From: Methanomicrobiales archaeon
GTDB lineage: Archaea; Halobacteriota; Methanomicrobia; Methanomicrobiales; Methanospirillaceae
NCBI GenBank assembly: GCA_012516785.1
Contig: JAAYWH010000096.1
Coordinates: 1 to 24,000, forward strand
Length of the DNA: 24,000 nucleotides
Direction of reading: 5' to 3'
This document shows positions 7,785 through 15,848 of this stretch, one piece after another (position 1 is the stretch's first letter; each line of letters begins with the position of its first letter). Below the pieces are notes generated by a model. The model did no database searches. It was not told the DNA's origin and saw only the letters and a program-made list of their open reading frames with translations. A program made the position numbers and the translations under genes.

Positions 7785-7798
7785 CGGCAGAGCGGTGG

Positions 7799-8062
7799 TT
7801 AATCCCGTGAGATCTCTCCTCCGGAATTTCGGATAACTCCTTCAATCTTTTCCTGAAGTGAGCTGTTGTACAGGGCGTGATCGAGCATGGGAAAACCCCC
7901 TACAAGCGGTAGCGGCTTGAATACTGCTCGGGGCGGGAGACCATTTATCAGGGGGACATTCCCTGGCTCGACAATCCGTGTCGTTCCATCATCCCATACC
8001 GCAAGGTTCCCATATCCCTGGGCGTCCCAGATTTCCTTGATAATCTTCTTGGTTGAGAGCAT
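7799..8062 (-). CDS. Hypothetical protein (87 aa)
   Basis: ATG start with a TATA-like ATTTATCA about 35 nt upstream on the minus strand. Amino-acid composition looks ordinary. No family recognised. Confidence 0.55.
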   Translation of the reverse strand: MLSTKKIIKEIWDAQGYGNLAVWDDGTTRIVEPGNVPLINGLPPRAVFKPLPLVGGFPMLDHALYNSSLQEKIEGVIRNSGGEISRD

Positions 8063-8207
8063 AAGCGTACGTCCCGGTTTAGCATATCAGATTTACCTGA
8101 TAAATAGTCTAGGGATCCGGGCATGTTTCGGGTAAACAGGGGGTGTGGTGGAATATCGCAATGGAGCAGAAATGCGTTCAGTTCATTGGAAGGAACACAC
8201 TCAACCA

Positions 8208-8600
8208 TCAGGGGTGGGGAGTTTTCCGGAATACCATGCCCTGGAATATCGCAATCCTCTGTCCATCTTCCCCCGTGACATGGACGGTGTAGCTGGCCAG
8301 TTTGGGATTTCTGGAAAATTCCTCTGCCTCAGCATACAGGATCCCGGACCGTGCTGCAGTCAGGAACGAGATATGAGCATTAATTGCCGCGGCAGGGATT
8401 CCGTGAGAATTGGAAGCCAGTGCAAAGGCCGTATCTGCAAGCGTAAAGATCGCCCCCCCGTGGACTGTGCGATGGCTATTCAGATGCTGTTCTCTGATCT
8501 CCATTTTTACCCTTGCTCTTCCCGGGGATACGTCAATCAGCTCGATGCCCGCCTGCCGGGCATAGGAATCTTCTTCAAAGAAACGGACGGCATCATCCAT
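8208..8600 (-). CDS. PaaI-family hotdog-fold acyl-CoA thioesterase (130 aa from ATG 8600; the track's TTG start at 8624 would add 8 aa)
   Basis: Signature ...LNSHRTVHGGAIFTLADTAFALA.... and overall PaaI/PaaD-like layout. The start codon choice is unresolved (ATG 8600 versus TTG 8624). Confidence 0.85.
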   Translation of the reverse strand: MDDAVRFFEEDSYARQAGIELIDVSPGRARVKMEIREQHLNSHRTVHGGAIFTLADTAFALASNSHGIPAAAINAHISFLTAARSGILYAEAEEFSRNPKLASYTVHVTGEDGQRIAIFQGMVFRKTPHP

Positions 8601-8806
8601 GCAGTATGTTTCGATCTCACCCAAGAAAAGCGATTGGATGGGATTGATGTATTACTCTGTTTGAGATCTCCGTCTCATCTGAAATATAATTCCTTGTTGG
8701 CAGCTGATCTCGATACAGTGAAGTAAAGCCTCTTAATCAGATTAAATGTCATGCGGCTTTTCGAAATAATGAGAGAATGAATATGAATTACCAATACGAC
8801 CCAGTA

Positions 8807-9187
8807 TCATCTTCCCAGCGCAAGATCGATACCATGATTAATGCACCGGAATGCTTCACTCTCCCTGCCCATCCGCTTCAGGATTAATCCTTTGTTAAAC
8901 CAGGTCTCTGCATTGTAAGGATCGTGCTTGATTGCCTCATCATAACTGGCTATCGCCTCATCACAACGTCCAAGTTCGTCAAGACAGTTTCCTTTCTCAT
9001 GCCAGGCGCCTGCGTAATGGGGATCTGTCGCAAGAGCACGGTCATAATATTCGAGCGCATGTAGATAATCTGCTGCATGTGATGCTTCACTCGCCCTGCG
9101 GAGAAAATACTCGGCATTCTGTGATATCTGCACCACGGATCTCCCTGACTGGTTCAAACTCATTCCTATCATCCCCTTTGGAGGCAA
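8807..9187 (-). CDS. Small TPR-repeat protein (~120 aa)
   Basis: Three TPR units (e.g. AADYLHALEYYDRALATDPHYAGAWHEKGNCLDELGRCDEAIASYDEAIKHDPYNAETWFNKG). The track start at 9187 is TTG. In-frame ATGs at 9172 and 9163 are equally plausible. Confidence 0.75.
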   Translation of the reverse strand: MPPKGMIGMSLNQSGRSVVQISQNAEYFLRRASEASHAADYLHALEYYDRALATDPHYAGAWHEKGNCLDELGRCDEAIASYDEAIKHDPYNAETWFNKGLILKRMGRESEAFRCINHGIDLALGR

Positions 9188-9363
9188 TACCTACTGGTTT
9201 TGATCGCTCCATCGGCACAAAAGGGTATTTAGTTAATTTAAATATTTTTTTGCAATATAATTATGCACGGATAAATTGACATGCACTAGGTAGTCCACCA
9301 TTGCATGGCATTACCGGCAGTCAATCCCTTTTCCTGGGATGCCGGGAGAGAGAGGTATAGTTA

Positions 9364-12060
9364 ATGCATGTGCAAACCTTTTTGAGTCATACTCCTGATT
9401 ACCATCCAATGAACAACCATGCCGAACAACGGATTGATAAAATCCGGAATCTTCTGAAAGGGAATCCCCGCGGGATGAGTATATCTGAGATTGCTGAACG
9501 GCTTGGTCTGAAGAGAAATATCGTTTCCAGTGATCTGAACTATCTCGAAAGGCTTGGCCATGTTGAGATGCAATCGATAGGAACCAGTAAGGTGTATTTT
9601 TCTTCAACAAAGATCCCACTTGCCGGCATTCTCAATTATTCTTCTGATATGATCCTGATCCTTGATACAAACGGGAGAGTCATTGAGGCAAATGTCCCCC
9701 TTCTGAAGATGATAGGCAAAACACGGGATGAGATCGTAGGGAGAAATCTCGAAGAATGCCCCGGCCCCTTCTTTCCTGCAATACAGGTGGGGGATATTAA
9801 TGAAGGACCGATACAGAATCTCACTGTCTGGATGCCCCAACTTGACGATCCCAGGGGGGTTCGCCATTTTCGGGTAAAAAAGATCCCCGCAGTTTTTGAG
9901 GATACAGGCCAGGGGACAATTTTATTGATCGGAGATGTCACTGATGAGATCCGATATCGGGATGCCCTACAGATGAGCGAGGCTCAGTACAAGGCAATTG
10001 TTGAGGATCTTACCGATATAATCTTCCGATTTCTCCCAAACGGAACAATTACCTATGTAAACCGCACTTTCAGGGAATTATTTGGTAAGAACGGAACCGA
10101 GTTCCGTGGTGCAAATATATTCTCTTATTTCTCGGATCCGGCGCGTCTCGAATTTCTGGAACAGGTACATGAAACGAAGGGGGAATCTTCTATCACAACA
10201 AAAGTCCATGAAATTTCAACCCTGAACGGCGCTATGAAATTTTCTCTCACAATAAGGGCATTGTACAACGAAAATATGAAAATAGCCGAATATCAGGGGA
10301 TTGGAAGAGACGTATCGCCAGAGCAGGATGCGTACGATCAGATGATGATTCACTCGGCTGAAAAAGAATTTTTATCCAGGAAATCGCAGATTTTTCTTCA
10401 AACGACCAACGAAAAAGAGATCTTTTCCCATCTTGCATCGGGCATTGCGGAAATCGTCCCTGATGCTGTCATCATACTTTGTTCTTACAATGATACGAAC
10501 AAAATGATGACTATCCGGGAGATACGTGATGAGAAAGGGGTGGATCTCCTGGAGGTTCTTTTTGAAGGAAATGGGATTGAATTTTCTCCATCCCCCGAAA
10601 TACTCAAAAAAACTGGAGAATACGAAAGAATACAGAATGGCCAGCTCGCAGTAATACCAACAGACCTTCTCTACCAGCTCATTGGCGAGGTAGCACTCAA
10701 CCGCATTATCCAGGCTATCGGTCATCGGATGGTGTATGCTACCCTCATTGTATGGGATGAACATATAATTGGGGCTGCCGCAGTGTGCCTTCCCTTAGAA
10801 GGAGCATTAAGAGACAGGGATCTGGTTGAAACCTATATTGGAATTGCCGCACTTGCCTTTCAGCGACATATCATCACTGAATCACTCTCGATGAGTAAAA
10901 ATCGTTTCTCTATGATTACCGAGACCTCTCCGCTTCCTATTTCCATTATCAGTCCGGAAGGGGAATACCTGTTTTTAAATAGTAAATTCATCTCGAAGTT
11001 TGGATATACCCTTGCGGACATTCCCGATGGCAAGAGATGGTTCCTCCATGCTTTCCCGGATGCGAACGAGATGCAGAAGGCACGGGATTTGTGGCTGAGT
11101 GATCTGAGACATTCGAAGAAGGGAGAGATACGATCGCGGCAGTTCAGGGTAAGATGCAAGGACGGGAAGTTCCGGACGATCGTGTTTCATCCAGTGACAC
11201 TTCTGGATGGCTGCCAGCTGGTCATCTATGAAGATATTTCTGATATCGAAGAGGCAGAACGAGTACGGAACCTCCTGGCTGAGATCGTCAGATCTTCCCA
11301 CGATGCAATCATAGGAATGACGATCACTGGAAGAATTCAGACCTGGAATCCCGGTGCAGTGAGAATTTATGGGTATACTGCTGATGAGGTCGTTGGAAAA
11401 GATATCGACATCATATTTCCCACCCCTCTGCTGAATGAAAAAGACTGGATTCTTGCCAGGGTGAAAGCAGGTGAATTTATATCGGACTTCGAGACGAGAA
11501 GAGTGAGAAAAGACGGAAAGGTCATCGATGTATCAGTTACAGTTTCTCCCATCTTTGACCGGGATAATACAATTATCGGAACCTCAACCATCGTGAAAGA
11601 TATTTCGTCCAAAAAAGCTGAAGAGCGGTTCAGGGCTCTTGAATCGAGATACAAGGACTTGGTTGATTCGATCAATGTCGGAGTGTATCGCAGTACTGGA
11701 GATCCGGAAGGAAAATTTATCTGGGGAAATTCACATCTGGTACGTATCCTCGGTTATTCTTCATTTGAAGCAGTGCAAGAGATACCAATTTCCGATATGT
11801 TTCTCAAGACGAATGGGCGAAAAGAGCTCATCGATGAACTCAAGAAAAATGGTTTTGTAAAGAACAGGGAGATGATGCTTAAAAAAAGCGATGGATCCGT
11901 TATTTACACCCGGATCACTGCCCTGGCAACGTTCAGTTCGGCCGGCGAGATCTCCTACATTAATGGTATTGTTGAAGATATCACTGAGAACAGGATTCTT
12001 TCCCGAAAACTTGCCTCCCTGCAGGGATTTTCAGAGAAGAATCTACCTGCAAACCCCTGA
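9364..12060 (+). CDS. Winged-HTH + multi-PAS (about 5 PAS plus a central GAF-like region) sensor protein with no kinase domain (898 aa)
   Basis: ATG 9364 has GAGGT 7 nt upstream. The N-terminal wHTH is ...GMSISEIAERLGLKRNIVSSDLNYLERLGHVEM.... There are repeated PAS/PAC signatures (e.g. ...SSHDAIIGMTITGRIQTWNPGAVRIYGYTADEVVGKDIDIIFP...RRVRKDGKVIDVSVTVSPIFDRDNTIIGTSTIVKDIS). I could not find an H-box or ATPase N/G boxes, and the protein ends right after the last PAS. Confidence 0.9.
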   Translation: MHVQTFLSHTPDYHPMNNHAEQRIDKIRNLLKGNPRGMSISEIAERLGLKRNIVSSDLNYLERLGHVEMQSIGTSKVYFSSTKIPLAGILNYSSDMILILDTNGRVIEANVPLLKMIGKTRDEIVGRNLEECPGPFFPAIQVGDINEGPIQNLTVWMPQLDDPRGVRHFRVKKIPAVFEDTGQGTILLIGDVTDEIRYRDALQMSEAQYKAIVEDLTDIIFRFLPNGTITYVNRTFRELFGKNGTEFRGANIFSYFSDPARLEFLEQVHETKGESSITTKVHEISTLNGAMKFSLTIRALYNENMKIAEYQGIGRDVSPEQDAYDQMMIHSAEKEFLSRKSQIFLQTTNEKEIFSHLASGIAEIVPDAVIILCSYNDTNKMMTIREIRDEKGVDLLEVLFEGNGIEFSPSPEILKKTGEYERIQNGQLAVIPTDLLYQLIGEVALNRIIQAIGHRMVYATLIVWDEHIIGAAAVCLPLEGALRDRDLVETYIGIAALAFQRHIITESLSMSKNRFSMITETSPLPISIISPEGEYLFLNSKFISKFGYTLADIPDGKRWFLHAFPDANEMQKARDLWLSDLRHSKKGEIRSRQFRVRCKDGKFRTIVFHPVTLLDGCQLVIYEDISDIEEAERVRNLLAEIVRSSHDAIIGMTITGRIQTWNPGAVRIYGYTADEVVGKDIDIIFPTPLLNEKDWILARVKAGEFISDFETRRVRKDGKVIDVSVTVSPIFDRDNTIIGTSTIVKDISSKKAEERFRALESRYKDLVDSINVGVYRSTGDPEGKFIWGNSHLVRILGYSSFEAVQEIPISDMFLKTNGRKELIDELKKNGFVKNREMMLKKSDGSVIYTRITALATFSSAGEISYINGIVEDITENRILSRKLASLQGFSEKNLPANP

Positions 12061-12193
12061 TCCTCCCCGGATGGCGGTAATGCATGGAGGGTAACCTGAT
12101 AAACCACTGCGAGGTCCGTTGATAGTAACCCCTCCAGGGTAGTGCAGGATTCCCTGCAGCCCGGTTTTGAAAAATATCAGGTTTTGCCTCTCC

Positions 12194-13126
12194 TCACGAT
12201 CCGGTTGGAACGGTAATTTCAGTAAACGAAGGAGGATAGAACACAATCCCTTCCGTTCTCAGAGGATCCTTCAGAATAATTCCATTTTCGGTCTTTTCAG
12301 CCGTAACGATATAGGAATAGTATTGGTGCCTCTTTACTTCAGGCCGATCTTTTATACTCGCCAGAGTGCTGGAATCCAGACCTCTGAATTTTGGATATTC
12401 CCCCTTTCTGGAGATACCCCTGAAAGGATCATATCCCTCAATCACATAGCTGGATTGCTCCTCCCGGATCACCAGCCATCTCAGGGGATGTAATGTCGGG
12501 ATAAGGATTCCCTTTGTATGAGTGCGTGCAAAATATCGGATCCCTGCAGACAGTGCCACAAATGCGATAAAAAATGATCCATAAAGAAATACCAGCATGC
12601 CAGATCTCTGTCCTCCGATCAGGATACCGGCAAAGAGGATACTTGCTGAAAAAAGGATCAGACTGGGGCCCGGGAATACCCCCACAGTGCATTTTTTTGT
12701 TGATAGCGGATAAAAGAGCGGTATCCCGGGAAAGGCGAGAGTATCGAGTAAAAGGTGGGTACATCCCCCGACAAATATCCCTATCATAAGAACTGGAGAG
12801 CCCCCTGAGCAGAATGCACAGGCACCGGCCTGATCAGCAAGAGCGATGCCGAGCCAGGCCAGAAAAGCGACAACCCCTACTCCGGCGATGCTATGGGTAA
12901 AACCGCCGTGAGAAAAAATATAAAGAGTGGGATACTTGTCAGAGAAGGGTTTGAACAGGATGTCGATATCAGGAATTATTGCACCGAGCGCAATGAAAAA
13001 GAGAGAGCTCAAAGGGATCGATGCCGGCAGAAGGAGTGTCGCAATAAAAGCATGAGTCAGTGAATCCACATCAGAACTTGTTCTTCTTATCTCTAAAAAA
13101 TATCCGAATCGGTCGTATTCCCACAC
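12194..13126 (-). CDS. Membrane-bound metal-dependent hydrolase, DUF457/YdjM-like, with a soluble C-terminal extension (~291-310 aa)
   Basis: Multi-TM N-terminal half with conserved His motifs (DSLTHAFIA, FSHGGFTHS, CTHLLLD). There is no in-frame ATG near the 5' end. GTG 13126 has GGAG 6 nt upstream. The alternative GTG 13069 would give the family-typical N-terminus M-DSLTH. Confidence 0.7.
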   Translation of the reverse strand: MWEYDRFGYFLEIRRTSSDVDSLTHAFIATLLLPASIPLSSLFFIALGAIIPDIDILFKPFSDKYPTLYIFSHGGFTHSIAGVGVVAFLAWLGIALADQAGACAFCSGGSPVLMIGIFVGGCTHLLLDTLAFPGIPLFYPLSTKKCTVGVFPGPSLILFSASILFAGILIGGQRSGMLVFLYGSFFIAFVALSAGIRYFARTHTKGILIPTLHPLRWLVIREEQSSYVIEGYDPFRGISRKGEYPKFRGLDSSTLASIKDRPEVKRHQYYSYIVTAEKTENGIILKDPLRTEGIVFYPPSFTEITVPTGS

Positions 13127-13690
13127 GTCCCGCTCCGATTCGTTATTTTCCCGTAGAGGGTGGTTGATCGGTTCATTCCTATTTGCGACATGGTATTCGC
13201 CAGTGTGCAGAGGATCAGAACGAAGAGCATCCCCCTCCTTTCGTGGGACCGAGAAGGGGAATTATTCCCCTGTTTTTCCACATAAATACAGATGTCTGCC
13301 GACCTGTATATGAGAAACACGGGGATATCCTCAGATTATTTTTTTCGCTGGCACCATCCCACCACATCCCTCACAGACATCTTTGTTCCGGAGGTGCTAC
13401 GCGATATTATTTTGGGGAGATCCTGCCCTTATGTCCAAGGAGTTGCCGCAAAAAAAATAACATGATTCCCCTGAGGGCCACAAGCATAATAGATGAAAAT
13501 GCCGGAGGCATTTCGATATAAAAAAAGAATTGTGCACCTCCTGTATACACTATCCCATTGTGCAGAACCCCAACAGGAGATTATTCAACAGCTGGCTATT
13601 CCTGCAGATCAAATACTGCGAACATGGGTGGCCAAACGCACATTAAACACATTTACCGTGAAAATCACGGTTAATTATCAGGACTTTTAA

Positions 13691-13704
13691 GAAAAATTTA
13701 TATA
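13691..13704 (+). promoter_or_regulatory. Orphan BRE/TATA-like element with no protein gene downstream
   Basis: GAAAAA (13691-13696) followed by TTTATATA (13697-13704) matches archaeal BRE + TATA. The expected TSS is ~13727. T-runs occur at 13842-13846, 13860-13864 and 13879-13886. Confidence 0.35.
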
Positions 13705-13767
13705 CAGACCAGACAAAAAAATGATGAAGCCAACATGGCCCGGAAACCCGGTATAGATTCGCAAATG

Positions 13768-13800
13768 CTGATACTCTAATTGATGGATGTCTGATACTCT
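13768..13800 (+). repeat. Exact 10-nt direct repeat CTGATACTCT x2, separated by 13 nt
   Basis: Copies at 13768-13777 and 13791-13800. Either copy's CTGAT can pair with ATCAG at 13806-13810. Confidence 0.6.
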
Positions 13801-13849
13801 CATGCATCAGTTGCGTACCGGGGCCGGCCCATGATGGTATGTTTTTGTT

Positions 13850-13913
13850 AACTGTCACGTTTTTGGTAGACTGTCCTGTTTTTTTTAAAGACTGCCACGT
13901 TAGACTGTTTAGT
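13850..13913 (+). repeat. Four degenerate direct copies of (T)AGACTGYC-like motif interleaved with T-runs
   Basis: The copies are taACTGTCACGT (13849-13860), tagACTGTCCTGT (13867-13879), aagACTGCCACGT (13888-13900) and tagACTGTTTAGT (13901-13913). GTCAGT at 13936-13941 is the complement of ACTGAC, one mismatch from ACTGTC, so it is an inverted near-copy. Confidence 0.45.
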
Positions 13914-14055
13914 GATTGTTTTGTGTTTTGCGCTTGTCAGTGATTTCGTTTCAATACGAGAAAATACCCTTTGTTAGGTTGTTATTATTTGACATTGTTG
14001 TTATTTGATCAACCTGATTAGGAGAGAGAATATGCTGTATCCGGCAATGCCCATT

Positions 14056-15795
14056 TCAAATAATAATCATATAAAGCATCAGGGAAAGGAGGAATGCCAG
14101 CAGCAGCACGGCAGCAGAGAGCGGGGGTATGAACAGGATCATGGCATTGACCGTGCTTGCCATCTGGACCATCCGTTGTGATCCAAAAACACGAACCCTC
14201 TCACAGAGTGTGGTACTTCCTGCTGCCTCACCCCAGGAGAGATTGTTTATAGCCTCTTTCACAGCCTGATCGAGATAGGGCAGGATCAATTCCGGGTCTA
14301 CATGATACCCTACAGGATTTTTTCCGGAAAGAACATTCACCACGTGGGAATCAGTCGTCATGATTTCTGCTTCTTCAACAAGGTTGAGTACAGAGGTGCG
14401 GAGGATGTCACGTACCCCCGCCTGGACATTATTGCCATCAATGAGGACATACGCAGTTTTCTGTTCGCCGGCTTCAATGACCAGCACCTCGAGTCCCTGA
14501 TCGCCAAATCCTTCCTTCCGCGAAAAGGGAGGTATCACCTGCGCAGACCCGAACCGGAACCGGGATTGCTCTAATCGCATGCCCTCTTCTATTGCATGAA
14601 GAGCAGCAGAGTGATATTCAAGTGCAGAGAGCGTTCCAGGCTGAACTGTTGAGATATCACCGGTAAAACAATTGTGGGCATCCACAAATGCTACATGCGG
14701 GAATGCACGATGCCCTTCAGCCATAATCGCCATACCCACACCGAGATCAATATCTTCAGTCTTTTCCGGGGATCGTGTGCTGACGATGAGTATGGTATCA
14801 TTGAAAACCTGATAGAGAACTGATACGGAACCATACTGATAACGGTGCGATCTGCTAGCTTTGTCTGAAAAGACAAGAGCAGATTCAGCTTTTCGTATGG
14901 CTCTGATAATTTTCTCGATCTCATCCTCGGCAACCAGGTTGAAATCATGCGTTGCAGTACCATGTGATACCATGACGAGCTCTGAAAAAGACGACTGAAG
15001 ATAGTTAGGGAGATTTCCCCCTCCAATTTCTCCCAGGGGACCGGGGTGTATATTTGGCACGATAAACAGGACCCCTCGCCCGTTCTCTGGTCGGAAGAGG
15101 AGGTTTACCTGGGGAACATAGACTTCCTCACCGATCTCATGAAAAAAATCCTCCATGGTTTTTGACCCATCAGTTATGTGTGCAAGGAAGGTATTCAGGA
15201 AATTCAGCCCATGGATGTGGAATGCTCGATAAAGGGGGCGATCGAGTGCCCATATCAGGAGTACAAACCCAATACCAAAAACAATGGTGGAGAGCGTGGC
15301 AAAAAGCCCGAAGGGAGGAGTGAAAAGAACCATTCCGATCAGGATCCCCACCCCACTCTGGACAAATGCCGGGAGGGTCATCCTGATGAGACGATAATCT
15401 GCGATGGCGGCCAGCACTACCAGACGTATACCAAAAATAAAACCGAGAGCAATCGCATAAGAAAAGGGGAGCAAGGGGATGCTTACCACCATGCCGGCAA
15501 GGGAGATAATTATCAGAAAAACCGTACAGGCAAGGGAGAGCAGGGCAGAGCGGTTCAGTGTGATTTGTCCTGAAAGAAGTCGAACCAGCGGTTTGGTGAT
15601 GAGAAATCCTGCCAGGGCGGGGAGGGTAAAACAGAGCGATCCAAAGAACCTGATATGCTGTCCGGACCGGAGACTTGCTCCATCGATAACGATACCAAGA
15701 ATGATGATGATGGCAAGGGAAACCGGCCAGGACGGTGCGACAAAAAAGAAACGTGAAAGCCGCTCAATTTTCACATCTCCGCTCACAAATCCCAT
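14056..15795 (-). CDS. Archaeal DUF2070-like integral membrane protein (579 aa)
   Basis: ATG with GAGGAG 6 nt upstream. The N-terminal ~220 aa are polytopic, followed by a large soluble domain (...VPNIHPGPLGEIGGGNLP...VSHGTATHDFNLV...) and one C-terminal TM helix. Size and topology match my recollection of DUF2070/COG3356. The family assignment is not verified. Confidence 0.75.
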   Translation of the reverse strand: MGFVSGDVKIERLSRFFFVAPSWPVSLAIIIILGIVIDGASLRSGQHIRFFGSLCFTLPALAGFLITKPLVRLLSGQITLNRSALLSLACTVFLIIISLAGMVVSIPLLPFSYAIALGFIFGIRLVVLAAIADYRLIRMTLPAFVQSGVGILIGMVLFTPPFGLFATLSTIVFGIGFVLLIWALDRPLYRAFHIHGLNFLNTFLAHITDGSKTMEDFFHEIGEEVYVPQVNLLFRPENGRGVLFIVPNIHPGPLGEIGGGNLPNYLQSSFSELVMVSHGTATHDFNLVAEDEIEKIIRAIRKAESALVFSDKASRSHRYQYGSVSVLYQVFNDTILIVSTRSPEKTEDIDLGVGMAIMAEGHRAFPHVAFVDAHNCFTGDISTVQPGTLSALEYHSAALHAIEEGMRLEQSRFRFGSAQVIPPFSRKEGFGDQGLEVLVIEAGEQKTAYVLIDGNNVQAGVRDILRTSVLNLVEEAEIMTTDSHVVNVLSGKNPVGYHVDPELILPYLDQAVKEAINNLSWGEAAGSTTLCERVRVFGSQRMVQMASTVNAMILFIPPLSAAVLLLAFLLSLMLYMIII

Positions 15796-15848
15796 GGCAG
15801 TCTCCTCTGATTCCTTCCGGATTTAACGTTCCCGGAGATCTTTATCCA

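Noticed and set aside
13493-13690. 65-aa ORF whose ...EIIQQLAIPADQILRTWVAKR... segment looks vaguely like a transposase or HTH N-terminus
   Set aside because: There is no SD or promoter, no inverted repeats or further transposase fragments nearby, and the resemblance is too weak to call a pseudogene.
13721-13800. Possible C/D-box sRNA: ATGATGA (13721-13727) as the C box, CTGA at 13768 and 13791 as the D'/D boxes, TGATGGA (13780-13786) as the C' box
   Set aside because: The spacing is wrong for archaeal C/D sRNAs. C to D' is 40 nt instead of ~12, C' to D is only 4 nt, and there is no terminal stem. The box-like strings are better described as part of the 10-nt direct repeat.
13849-13913. CRISPR-like array
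   Set aside because: The repeats are only ~8-12 nt, degenerate and irregularly spaced (13-21 nt), and no cas genes are present. This is not a CRISPR.
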